64,000 nt of DNA, taken from positions 84,164 to 148,163 of the forward strand of contig CAUJHR010000011.1 of NCBI GenBank assembly GCA_963205195.1, written 5' to 3'. Each line of letters begins with the position of its first letter. The stretch's first letter is position 1. Under the pieces are notes generated by a model. The model worked only from the letters and a program-made list of their open reading frames with translations. It was not told the DNA's origin and did not search any database. Shown one piece after another: positions 1 to 8,680 of this stretch. Origin of the DNA: Pseudomonadota bacterium. GTDB taxonomy: Bacteria > Pseudomonadota > Alphaproteobacteria > Rickettsiales > SXRF01. The translations under genes and the position numbers were made by a program.

Positions 1-195
1 TTTTAGTAGATTTACAAATGTAAGATCATAATGTTGGGCAATTGCATTATATAATTCAAGGTAGGTAAGGATGCCTTCTGATATTATTATATCACCAAGC
101 CTGCTTCCTGAATGTTTCTGTATATTTAGTAAATATTCAAGTTTTTCTTCGGTAATAAGGCCGCGTGATTTTAATATTTTTCCCAGCGGATTCAT
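1..195 (-). CDS. 5' fragment of a gene encoding a GspE-N/MshEN-like (T2SSE_N) domain protein; continues beyond the window edge
   Basis: Not in the ORF track because it runs off the edge. The reverse-strand ATG at 195-193 overlaps the stop of the upstream OMP gene (TAATG). My translation is MNPLGKILKSRGLITEEKLEYLLNIQKHSGSRLGDIIISEGILTYLELYNAIAQHYDLTFVNLLK. This fits the N-terminal domain pattern of GspE/MshE-type proteins (LGxIL..GlIteeqL...l..Qk.sG.rLGeil...G......L..aiAqq..L.fVdL). Confidence 0.55.
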   Translation of the reverse strand, partial: MNPLGKILKSRGLITEEKLEYLLNIQKHSGSRLGDIIISEGILTYLELYNAIAQHYDLTFVNLLK

Positions 196-1058
196 TAAAA
201 TTCTTTGCTAACCGCAAGCAGCGCACCATCTCCGCTTCCAATATTACGCCCAGAAATATTGTTATATGCTCCGAGCTGTAAAGATAGCCTGTCATCCATC
301 TCGTAAACTGCAGAAACACGTAGTTGGTGAAGATCATAATCATCGCTGGAAGATTGGGTAAATACGGAATTGGAATTAGAAATCCTAGAGGTTGTAAACA
401 ATTGTGTAAGTATTTTTGCTCGCTTTGTAACTGAAAGACCTGCGGTTGCTGCGAATTTAAGCTGGTCACCGGGATTGCCGAAACGGTGGCGATACCCCCC
501 ATCAAAATTTATAAAATGGTCAAGTTGCAAAACTTTAAAGCTATAACCTGCAGATAAAGTTACCCCACTATCATAATTATTATTGCCAATTTGCGGCTGT
601 GATGCTTGCCTTTCCATACTAGGTAATTTTAGCATTGGTTCAGCTGAAATCACGAAGCCATTATCATGCCAAAGCCGGGTGCGGAAAAATAGTTCGCTAT
701 CGCCAATACCCCAATTGACCTGCTGCCTGCCTAAACCACTATTATACTGTGAGGCACGTTGGGCAAAAAGATTCGCGCCTACAGTAAGCCAGTCACGAAC
801 CCCATATTCAATATATGGGTTAAGCTCATATTTACTGTAATTACTTGTTCGGCGTTTTTTACCAGAATTATCAAAATACTTACTACTCGAATAATAAGAT
901 AGATTTGATATTATAAGCCCTTTGCCATTATTTTGTGTCCATGCCCCAGCGTAGGCATAAGATGGAATAAACGTAAGAAGTGCAGCAAATAGCATGGCAG
1001 CGATACTGCCAATATAGATTTTATCAGTGAATTTTACGTTCAATATCAGAAATGGCAA
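195..1058 (-). CDS. Putative outer-membrane beta-barrel protein
   Basis: N-terminal signal-like segment (..IGSIAAMLFAALLTFIPSYAYA/GAW). The sequence has alternating aromatic/hydrophilic beta-strand character and a C-terminal ...LLAVSKEF ending in Phe, typical of OMPs. The start is uncertain: TTG at 1058 overlaps the atpF 3' end, and ATG at 995 is the alternative. Confidence 0.5.
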   Translation of the reverse strand: MPFLILNVKFTDKIYIGSIAAMLFAALLTFIPSYAYAGAWTQNNGKGLIISNLSYYSSSKYFDNSGKKRRTSNYSKYELNPYIEYGVRDWLTVGANLFAQRASQYNSGLGRQQVNWGIGDSELFFRTRLWHDNGFVISAEPMLKLPSMERQASQPQIGNNNYDSGVTLSAGYSFKVLQLDHFINFDGGYRHRFGNPGDQLKFAATAGLSVTKRAKILTQLFTTSRISNSNSVFTQSSSDDYDLHQLRVSAVYEMDDRLSLQLGAYNNISGRNIGSGDGALLAVSKEF

Positions 1059-1512
1059 TTTTTATAAGCTCATCTTGAGATAAATTAGTCATTTGACCAG
1101 CGATTATAGCACGGGCAGAATTAAGTGCAATATCAACTATATGGTTTCGTATATCTGAAATTGCTGCTGCTTCTTCCTGTGCAATTTTTTCCATTGCATT
1201 TTTAAGCCTTGCATCAAGAGTGGCTTTTAGTTCCTGCTGAGCTTTAGCATTATTAGTTTCAGCATCAGAGCGTGCCTTGGCTAATATATTCTCTGCTTCG
1301 CGTGCAAATTCAGCTTGCTTTTGTTTATAAAGTGCTAGCGTTTCTTCAGCCTCAGCCCGTATTGCTGAAGCAGCGGCAAGCTCAGACCTGATTTTATCAG
1401 CACGTTTATCAAGCACGGCAAACAATAATAAAGAGATTTTTTTTGCCAGCAATGAAACAAAAAGAACAAAGGCAAGGGCAACCCAAAATTTTGGTTCATT
1501 AGTATCTAACAT
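1024..1512 (-). CDS. atpF: ATP synthase F0 subunit b
   Basis: Single N-terminal TM helix followed by a long charged Ala/Glu/Lys coiled coil. It is the last gene of the alphaproteobacterial F0 operon. Confidence 0.85.
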   Translation of the reverse strand: MLDTNEPKFWVALAFVLFVSLLAKKISLLLFAVLDKRADKIRSELAAASAIRAEAEETLALYKQKQAEFAREAENILAKARSDAETNNAKAQQELKATLDARLKNAMEKIAQEEAAAISDIRNHIVDIALNSARAIIAGQMTNLSQDELIKIAISDIERKIH

Positions 1513-1515
1513 ATA

Positions 1516-2013
1516 TTACCCATTCTGCTGTGCTGTCTTAGCGTTATTAATAGCTTCTTTTACTTGCTCCTTGCTAGGCGCATGGCCAGTAAGTTTCTCA
1601 ACGATCATGGAAGAAAACTCAAGCGTTGCTGGCATAAGTTCATCCATAAATTTTTTCTTTTGTTCAATTAATGCTGTACTTGCCTTTGCTGATTGAACTG
1701 CGATCTGCTGATCAAGGGCTTTTGTTGCTTCTTCTGCTCTGGATTTAGCCACAATCTCAGCATCATTTATTAGGCTTTGTGCAGATTGGCGCGACTTTAT
1801 CAGGGTGTTTTCATAAGCAATTTTGGATTCTTCGGCTTTGGCTTTAAGGTCCTGTGCCATAACCAGATCATTTTCAATTGTATTATTACGTGTTGCTATA
1901 ACATTTTGCAACGGCGGCAATATCACGCGTGATAACACGATATACAAAAGTGTAAAGGATACAAACAGCCAGAAAAGCTGTGATGCAAACCATGTTGGAT
2001 CTAATTGTGGCAC
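1516..2013 (-). CDS. atpG: ATP synthase F0 subunit b' (second b-type subunit)
   Basis: MPQLDPTWFASQLFWLFVSF... is the characteristic b' N-terminus. One TM helix plus a coiled coil. It lies between the c and b subunit genes, as in Alphaproteobacteria. Confidence 0.85.
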   Translation of the reverse strand: MPQLDPTWFASQLFWLFVSFTLLYIVLSRVILPPLQNVIATRNNTIENDLVMAQDLKAKAEESKIAYENTLIKSRQSAQSLINDAEIVAKSRAEEATKALDQQIAVQSAKASTALIEQKKKFMDELMPATLEFSSMIVEKLTGHAPSKEQVKEAINNAKTAQQNG

Positions 2014-2036
2014 AGGAAATTACCTTTTACTGCTTA

Positions 2037-2288
2037 TTATTTTACAACGAAAATCAGTACCATGCCAACTACGAGGGCAAGAAGTCCCATGAACTCGGCA
2101 AAAGCAGCGCCGATGAAAGCAGGGGTCATAAGCTGGCTTTTAGCAGATGGATTACGAGCAATGCCCTCTAAAAGTGCGGCAAATATTTTACCTACCCCAA
2201 GAGCTGCGCCAAGGAAACCAAAAGCGGTAAGGCCAACGCCAACAAACTTGAGGCCTTCAGCGAGATATTTGTATGATTCAACTTCCAT
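2037..2288 (-). CDS. atpE: ATP synthase F0 subunit c
   Basis: Two-helix proteolipid with GxGxGxG ([17 protein letters not shown]), an ARNP loop and the conserved carboxylate in AFAEFMGL. Confidence 0.95.
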   Translation of the reverse strand: MEVESYKYLAEGLKFVGVGLTAFGFLGAALGVGKIFAALLEGIARNPSAKSQLMTPAFIGAAFAEFMGLLALVVGMVLIFVVK

Positions 2289-2333
2289 GATTTAGTCCTT
2301 TTTAAGTTAGTGATTGATAATGATAATTAGAAT

Positions 2334-3083
2334 TTAGTGTAAATGAAGTGCATCATTTAGGTAAACACAAGTAAGAACTGTAAAAATATAGGCCTGTATA
2401 ACAGCTATTGCTATCTCAAAGCCTGTAAGGAACAGTAATAGCGGGAACATGCTTGCTACACCAACCAACATCCCAAAAGTTATTATAAGACCAGCTATAA
2501 CTTTCATGGTCACGTGACCAGCCATCATATTAGCGGCAAGACGAACAGATAGGCTTATTGGGCGTGAAAGGTACGAAAAAAATTCAATAACAAATAACAG
2601 TGGCGCCATCAGTATAGGTGTTCCTTCTGGTAAGAAAAAATGAAGGAATTTAAATGGCCCATGTTTAAAAATAGCTATTAATGTAACACCTATAAATATA
2701 AAGGCGGCAAGGGCAAAAGTTACAATAATATGGCTGGTAACAGTAAATGAACCAGGTATCATACCAAGTAAATTACATGTAAGAACAAAAATAAATAATG
2801 TGAAAACTATGGGGAAATATTTCATCCCTTCTTTTCCAGCAGCTTCAGAAACTGTATTCCCTACAAATTCCACAAGCATTTCAGCAACGCTCTGCAGCCT
2901 TCCTGGGACTAAAGAATTTTTACGAGAAGCAGGAAGTAGCAACGCAATAATACCTACTACTGCCAGTACCATCCATAATGCTGAATTAGTAAAACTAATA
3001 TCATAACCGGCAACGTGAATTGGATGAAGTGGAAAAATTTCAAATTGTGCTAGCGGACTATGTGCTGCGTGTTCTTCACTCAT
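2334..3083 (-). CDS. atpB: ATP synthase F0 subunit a
   Basis: Polytopic membrane protein with the conserved SLSVRLAANMMAGH motif containing the essential Arg. Confidence 0.95.
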   Translation of the reverse strand: MSEEHAAHSPLAQFEIFPLHPIHVAGYDISFTNSALWMVLAVVGIIALLLPASRKNSLVPGRLQSVAEMLVEFVGNTVSEAAGKEGMKYFPIVFTLFIFVLTCNLLGMIPGSFTVTSHIIVTFALAAFIFIGVTLIAIFKHGPFKFLHFFLPEGTPILMAPLLFVIEFFSYLSRPISLSVRLAANMMAGHVTMKVIAGLIITFGMLVGVASMFPLLLFLTGFEIAIAVIQAYIFTVLTCVYLNDALHLH

Positions 3084-3400
3084 ATATTATCATCATCCGT
3101 TTGTTGTTCACGTAACTTTTTATCTATTATCTTGGCACTTCTGATCATATTATTAACACCTGCAGCACCGCCCAGGAATAAACCTATAATCATAAATAAT
3201 GGTATAGTCGAAAAGTACCAATCAGCAAAATAACCAACTCCAACCCCCATTATCACTCCTGTCGCCAGATCAACAACCATACGTACCGCGTAGGTCATAT
3301 CGTCATTGCCAGAATCAGGCGCGCTTGGCTTTTTTCCCCTGAATTTATCAATTTTCGCTTGTAGCTTTTCTAAAGATGGCAAGCGATCATTGTTTTTCAT
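3080..3400 (-). CDS. atpI: AtpI/AtpZ-like ATP synthase protein I
   Basis: Small protein with two Gly-rich TM helices (GVIMGVGVGYFADWYF.., IIGLFLGGAAG). It is the first gene of the F0 operon and overlaps the atpB start by 4 nt. Confidence 0.7.
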   Translation of the reverse strand: MKNNDRLPSLEKLQAKIDKFRGKKPSAPDSGNDDMTYAVRMVVDLATGVIMGVGVGYFADWYFSTIPLFMIIGLFLGGAAGVNNMIRSAKIIDKKLREQQTDDDNI

Positions 3401-3427
3401 AAAAAACTCATACCAAGAACCGGGGGC

Positions 3428-3456
3428 AATTTATGGATAGTGGGAACTTATGTCAA
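3428..3456 (-). promoter_or_regulatory. Putative sigma70-type promoter of the F0 operon
   Basis: The reverse strand reads TTGACA, a 17-nt spacer, then TAAATT, about 30 nt upstream of the atpI start. Confidence 0.4.
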
Positions 3457-3481
3457 GAATAGACTTGCATAATAAGCAATG

Positions 3482-4264
3482 TTATTTTGCATTAAGCTTG
3501 GAATCTATGAATTTTGATAAATCTTCGAGGGTTATATCACCATTATATGCTTCCCCCCCAATAAAAAAGTAAGGTGTGTGTGATACATGAAGTTCATCCA
3601 TCGCAATTTTTTTTGCCTTAATAATAGCCATTTCACTATCTTTATTGTTAATGCAGCTATTAAACTGCTCTTTGCTTACGCCGCCAACAGCAGAAATAGT
3701 TTCCAATGCAGATTTCCAATTACCGTCAAATGCCCATTTGCTCTGCGCGTCAAATAACACACTGTTAAATAAATAGTATTTATCAGTATCGCCTTGACCG
3801 ACACAATTTACCAAAATAGCGCCAACAAGGGCTGGTTCATTAAGCGGGAATTGGCGTAAAATATAGCGGATTTTACCAGTATCAATATATTTTTTCTTAA
3901 TATCTGGCATTATGGAGCCATAAAAATGCGCGCAGTGAGGGCATGAAAGGGAAGCATACTCAATAAGCAGAATTTTTGCATCTTTGCTTCCAAGAACATG
4001 GTCCGAAGGCAGTGGCGCATCACTTATAAGGCTATTTGTTATAATTCCCTTAAGTGGTTCTGGAGCAGCGCTAGGAGCTGGGGAAGTGCTTGCTGGCGGA
4101 GGAGGGGATTTTGCCTCGGTAATTTCTTTTGGTTTATCCTGTGCAAAAGAAGCAGCAGAAAACAAAGTAGCGCCCATCAATAATATAGAAGCAAGTATTA
4201 TCCTCATAAAAACCCCTGAAAATATAATAAAGAACGAAATCGCATTATTATTTGATTTCATCAT
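3482..4264 (-). CDS. DsbA-family thiol:disulfide oxidoreductase (secreted)
   Basis: CPHC active site (SLSCPHCAHF) in a thioredoxin-like context. Signal peptide MRIILASILLMGATLFSAASFA; the likely true start is the internal Met near 4207. A Pro/Ala/Ser-rich linker follows. Confidence 0.8.
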   Translation of the reverse strand: MMKSNNNAISFFIIFSGVFMRIILASILLMGATLFSAASFAQDKPKEITEAKSPPPPASTSPAPSAAPEPLKGIITNSLISDAPLPSDHVLGSKDAKILLIEYASLSCPHCAHFYGSIMPDIKKKYIDTGKIRYILRQFPLNEPALVGAILVNCVGQGDTDKYYLFNSVLFDAQSKWAFDGNWKSALETISAVGGVSKEQFNSCINNKDSEMAIIKAKKIAMDELHVSHTPYFFIGGEAYNGDITLEDLSKFIDSKLNAK

Positions 4265-4291
4265 ATATGCAATAATAAAAAATTTCTATTA

Positions 4292-4771
4292 CTAATAACC
4301 AGCAAGTGATTTAGCTATTTTATCCAGTGCTTCTCTTAATTCGATATCATAAATTTCTTCGTTTATAAGAAATTTGCCTACAGTATTTTTGTTTTCTTTA
4401 ATATGTTTTTTTTCTTCTGCTATCGGCGTAGTATAACTATGCGATATTATAATACGCGAAATAGCTTTATAACCAAAATAAATTGTAAGCTTATCTATAA
4501 TGGTATTTTGCATATGCTGTAATTCAGTAGCAAAGCCATTTTCTACAGCGATACTTAATGTCCCCTCAGTCTTTTTTCCTGCTGGGAATGATAATTTTTG
4601 CGGTAAACAATGTGATGATAATTTATCACCTATAATTTCTGGCCATTCATTAATGATACGATTTCCAGCTAACCCATGGGCTTTGAATACAGGCTTAGTT
4701 ATTGGTTCAAGGGCTTGTGAAAGCGTTTTGGGTGACATTGGGGAGCGTCGGAAATCATCCCAGGCAGCCAT
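4292..4771 (-). CDS. DUF721/DciA-like protein
   Basis: Pattern ..W.EIIGDKL..H..P..LSF.......GTLSIAV.NGFATELQH....I..KL...FGY..I..I.. is typical of DUF721. The start overlaps the upstream stop (TAATG). Confidence 0.6.
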   Translation of the reverse strand: MAAWDDFRRSPMSPKTLSQALEPITKPVFKAHGLAGNRIINEWPEIIGDKLSSHCLPQKLSFPAGKKTEGTLSIAVENGFATELQHMQNTIIDKLTIYFGYKAISRIIISHSYTTPIAEEKKHIKENKNTVGKFLINEEIYDIELREALDKIAKSLAGY

Positions 4772-5547
4772 TATTTTACCATAACACCAAATGGGGCGTA
4801 AATATCTTGCCCATTTATACGAATTTGAGCAAACATTTTTACAAATCCCGGCTTGTTAGGAGCAATATGAAAATGCAGTACTGGTCCGCCACGGTCATCG
4901 GCAGTTTCCGGTTCTTTGCCCATAGGGTGAATATGCATTATGGATTGATAATCTTCAGAAAAACCTACTACATGTGCAAAGGAACCCATAACTGGTTCAA
5001 GGCCTGTGAAAGGTGCCCCGTTTTTAGTTACCGTTATACTTCCTATTGTTGTATCATCTGATTTTAGGTCGCCATCCAATTTTAATGTGAAATTATATTC
5101 ACCAACATTAACAGAGTTGCTTAGAGTTTTATCCATCCTTGTAATTTTATACTTAGGATCATAAGAGCCAATATCCGCAATCGCAAATTCCTGCTTACCT
5201 GTATCTAATCTTGTTAAATCTGCCCAAACCCTGAATTTATGTGTTCTAGAAGGAGGAAAATAAAAGCTCCATACGCCATCTTTTACAATATTAGGATGAA
5301 TATGGTAATATTCAGTAAGGGTTGGATCTATTACAAGGAAATGCAGTCTTTTTGTATGAGCCAATTTCAGGTTGGCTTCCGTCAATGGGTTGCCAGTTCT
5401 ATTGTCTATAAGATTTACCATGAAAGTAGATGGAGTTTTAGGATCTTCTATTACTCTCAGTGATACTGAATTTACTTCAGCAAAGACTGTAGTAGAAAAA
5501 AATATAAAAATTGAAGATATGAGAACAGAAAATATTTTCATAAACAC
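4771..5547 (-). CDS. Secreted hypothetical protein with an internally duplicated HxHP-motif domain
   Basis: Signal peptide MFMKIFSVLISSIFIFFSTTVFA. Two similar halves each carry ..H(F/V)(L/V)....D(Y).....HIHP.. (YYHIHPN and IMHIHPMG). No family name can be assigned from memory. Confidence 0.6.
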   Translation of the reverse strand: MFMKIFSVLISSIFIFFSTTVFAEVNSVSLRVIEDPKTPSTFMVNLIDNRTGNPLTEANLKLAHTKRLHFLVIDPTLTEYYHIHPNIVKDGVWSFYFPPSRTHKFRVWADLTRLDTGKQEFAIADIGSYDPKYKITRMDKTLSNSVNVGEYNFTLKLDGDLKSDDTTIGSITVTKNGAPFTGLEPVMGSFAHVVGFSEDYQSIMHIHPMGKEPETADDRGGPVLHFHIAPNKPGFVKMFAQIRINGQDIYAPFGVMVK

Positions 5548-6146
5548 CCAAGTAATTTGCGGATTGGTTTATAACTACTTCTATGATGCCTAGTTATTCC
5601 ATGCTTGGCAAGCGCTTCTTGGTGTTTTTGGGTTCCATATCCAAAGTTGCTTTCCCATCCGTATTCAGGGTGTTCACGGGAAAGATCCTGCATTATTCTG
5701 TCACGTGTTGTCTTTGCAATAATACTTGCGGCTGCAATAGAAAGGCATAAAGCATCACCACCTATTATTGTTTTTGTGGGAAAATCCATTTTTGGAGCTT
5801 TATTTCCATCTATGAGCACTAAATTTATATTAGTGTTTCCAAGATTCTCAATTGCCCTATGCATTGCAAGAAGTGTTGCTTGCAAAATATTCAGCCTGTC
5901 AATTTCTTCTACAGTGCTTATTCCGACTCCAATACAAGAATGCTCGCATATTTTTTCATATAATATTTTTCGCTTTGCATAAGGAATTTTTTTTGAATCG
6001 TTTATACCTTCAGGAATTTTATTATAATTTAATATAACCGCCCCTGCGACTACGGGTCCAGCCCAAGGTCCCCTGCCTGCTTCGTCAACCCCAGCAACTA
6101 TTCCGCCAGCAGATTTTTCAAAGCTTAAATCGGGTAATTTAACCAT
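5538..6146 (-). CDS. rnhB: Ribonuclease HII
   Basis: GVDEAGRGPWAGPVVAGAV catalytic motif, DSKK, and IAAASIIAKTTRD. Confidence 0.95.
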   Translation of the reverse strand: MVKLPDLSFEKSAGGIVAGVDEAGRGPWAGPVVAGAVILNYNKIPEGINDSKKIPYAKRKILYEKICEHSCIGVGISTVEEIDRLNILQATLLAMHRAIENLGNTNINLVLIDGNKAPKMDFPTKTIIGGDALCLSIAAASIIAKTTRDRIMQDLSREHPEYGWESNFGYGTQKHQEALAKHGITRHHRSSYKPIRKLLGCL

Positions 6147-7767
6147 TATGCTCGCGGCGACCAGAATCCGCTACAGGCGCATTAAGCGGTAAGTAGGTAG
6201 GCCAGTTGCCTTGCAAAATAGAAGTTATAGATGAATTATTCTTTCCATTAAGTTCACTATAAATCCAGTAATTCGTCATAACCTGCAATACATAATGCCG
6301 TGTTTCGGAATAAGGTATGCTTTCTAAGAAAAGCAAAGGATCGTCATTATATGAAATATTATCTTGCCATTCTTTAAGGCGCTTAGGGCCTGCATTATAA
6401 GCTGTAAGCATGTAAAATAAATTATTATTTACAAGGTTATTGCCAAGCAGATGTTCAACATACCTTTCCCCAAGTGTTATATTAAGCACCGGCTCGCTGA
6501 TATTAATATTATTTGATATATCCTCATTAACAGAGGATGCCTGCATTTTACGTGCTGTTTGTGGCATTAGCTGCATTAGGCCTAGGGCTCCACCCCGGCT
6601 TATGGCTGATGAGTGGAAACCAGATTCCTGGCGCATCAGTGCATATAGTAAATCTGGATCAACATTAAATCCACCAGCTGGCTTCCAGGCTGGAACCGGA
6701 TATTTAAGCATATCTAATTGACGGTCATTGCTTTCCAGCTGCTTAGCCATGCTTATCTGGGCTGATGCTAAGTTAAGCTTGTTGGCAAGTGATAACAGCA
6801 TCCATTTTTCCTGCTTATCAGCTGAGGGGAAGAGGAGGCGCAATTGTGTTTCAGCTCGTTCGTTAAGCCCAGACTGTACTAGTGCTATGATTCTTTGGAT
6901 TTTTGCTTTTCCCAATAATTTTTTAATATCATCGGGGCTTAAATTTACAAATTTAGTATCCAGCTCTAGTGGTTTATTAAGTTGTTTATAGGCTAATATA
7001 CCATAAAAAACTCTTGGGTTGCTTGCTGCTTCTGTAAGATAGTAATTAGCTTTTTCTTTTTCATCTAAAGACAAAAATGACCTGTATGCCCAAAAGCTTG
7101 CAGCTGAATATTGCCAATCAGAAAGGTTTTTTTGTTTATCAACCAGAGCTGAAAAAAACTTGGCGGCTTCCGATTTTTTGCCATTACGCCATGACTCTAG
7201 ACCATTTGACCATAGCTTGCCAGCCTGTGGATTATCATTAAATCTTATATCTTCACTATTTTCATCGCCATAACCTGACAAGCGCTGTATCTTTTCTGCC
7301 TTTGGCATTTTTGAGAAAATTTCTGGGTATTTTCTATTGGCCATCTCAAGCATATCAGGTGTTTCTGAATGGTCCGAATAATTCCTAAGCCAGTTAACGA
7401 TTTCATCAGCTGTAGTATTATAATGTCGATGCAGGTATCTTTCTGCCAAAACATCACCTAATAATATGTCGCTTGAAAGTTTTTCTATCCCTTCGTCAGC
7501 CTGTTCCCAGTTAGCTGCTTTTTGTGCCGAAAATATATGTTTGTAGAGCTCCTGGTCTGACTCGTACAGAATTGGTTTTGATATAGGGTCTGCGTTGTCG
7601 TCTGCTATTATGGCAGTCGATGGGGCTTTGCTCTGGATATTTGCGGGAGGCTGAATTTGCCAAAGCCCAAATATTAATACCAGAGCGCTACATACGGCTA
7701 TGGCATATAATTTTGTACCAAGCCGCAGGGAATATTTTACATATCCAGCCATAGGGCCGCAGACCAT
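6139..7767 (-). CDS. Soluble lytic murein transglycosylase (Slt family)
   Basis: C-terminal SLT domain with MRQESGFHSSAISRGGALGLMQLMPQTA and AYNAGP, preceded by a long helical superhelix-like region and an N-terminal membrane/signal segment. Confidence 0.85.
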   Translation of the reverse strand: MVCGPMAGYVKYSLRLGTKLYAIAVCSALVLIFGLWQIQPPANIQSKAPSTAIIADDNADPISKPILYESDQELYKHIFSAQKAANWEQADEGIEKLSSDILLGDVLAERYLHRHYNTTADEIVNWLRNYSDHSETPDMLEMANRKYPEIFSKMPKAEKIQRLSGYGDENSEDIRFNDNPQAGKLWSNGLESWRNGKKSEAAKFFSALVDKQKNLSDWQYSAASFWAYRSFLSLDEKEKANYYLTEAASNPRVFYGILAYKQLNKPLELDTKFVNLSPDDIKKLLGKAKIQRIIALVQSGLNERAETQLRLLFPSADKQEKWMLLSLANKLNLASAQISMAKQLESNDRQLDMLKYPVPAWKPAGGFNVDPDLLYALMRQESGFHSSAISRGGALGLMQLMPQTARKMQASSVNEDISNNINISEPVLNITLGERYVEHLLGNNLVNNNLFYMLTAYNAGPKRLKEWQDNISYNDDPLLFLESIPYSETRHYVLQVMTNYWIYSELNGKNNSSITSILQGNWPTYLPLNAPVADSGRREHNG

Positions 7768-7835
7768 ATACTAAAATTTATTGGATTGCAATATTATGGG
7801 AATAAAAAAGGCATATTGTTTTATTATACAATTCA

Positions 7836-8630
7836 TTATGAGGCTATAAATTGCTTAATAAGGAGCAAATCCTGCCATGCTTGCTTCTTATTTAATGGCT
7901 GGCGCAATAGATAGGACGGGTGATATATAAGTGCGGTTTTAACCGGTGAATTTAAATAAATATTATTATATTCATAAAATTTTCCCCGCAAACGGGAAAT
8001 GGACTGATCTTTTTGCAGTAACGCATTAGTTGCTGTCCCCCCCGATAATATAAGAAATTTTGGATTTACCAATGCTATGTGTTTTTCAACAAATGGCAGG
8101 CATGTTGCTAATTCATGTGTACTTGGCTGTCTGTTTCCTGGGGGGCGCCAGAAAATAGTATTTGATATGTATATTTTGCTTCTGTCCAACTCAATGCTTA
8201 GCAGCATTTTATCAAGAAGCTGGCCACTTGCACCACAAAATGGAATCCCTTGTATATCTTCCTGTGACCCAGGTGCTTCGCCTATTAACATAATTTTTGC
8301 TTGTGGGTTACCATCTGCAAAAACAGTTTTGGTGGCAGTCTTTTTTATAGCACAACCTTCAAAATTTTTTACTGCATCCTCAAGCTCTTCGAGTGTATCG
8401 CATTTATTTGCCAGTTCCCGTGCAGCATTACTTGCCGCCAGAGGCACAAGGTGCAATGGAGTGTGGCTGGAATTAATTTTTGCTTCCTGTACAATTGCAG
8501 CAGTTTTATGATTTGCTGGGATTGATGTGGTAACTTGTTGTTTAATAGCAAAATAATTGATAGGCGCCTCAGCTGTTGCCTCATCTATTCCTGCTGCCAA
8601 TTGCCATTCTAGTAATGCTTTATTATTCAT
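7836..8630 (-). CDS. Uracil-DNA glycosylase, family 4
   Basis: GEAPGSQEDIQGIPFCGASGQLLDKML and HPSYLLR motifs. The track ORF extends to 8699. The internal Met at 8630 (MNNKALLEW..) avoids overlap with the divergent ETF-QO start. Confidence 0.85.
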   Translation of the reverse strand: MNNKALLEWQLAAGIDEATAEAPINYFAIKQQVTTSIPANHKTAAIVQEAKINSSHTPLHLVPLAASNAARELANKCDTLEELEDAVKNFEGCAIKKTATKTVFADGNPQAKIMLIGEAPGSQEDIQGIPFCGASGQLLDKMLLSIELDRSKIYISNTIFWRPPGNRQPSTHELATCLPFVEKHIALVNPKFLILSGGTATNALLQKDQSISRLRGKFYEYNNIYLNSPVKTALIYHPSYLLRQPLNKKQAWQDLLLIKQFIAS

Positions 8631-8680
8631 AATCACATATAATGATATGTTAATGGGGAAAAGTAAAGGGGTGGTAATAT

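Noticed and set aside
137-505. 122-aa minus-strand ORF in the track
   Set aside because: It lies in a different frame across the OMP gene and the left-edge gene. Its composition is low-complexity, and the overlapping frames have clear protein-family signatures. Judged spurious.
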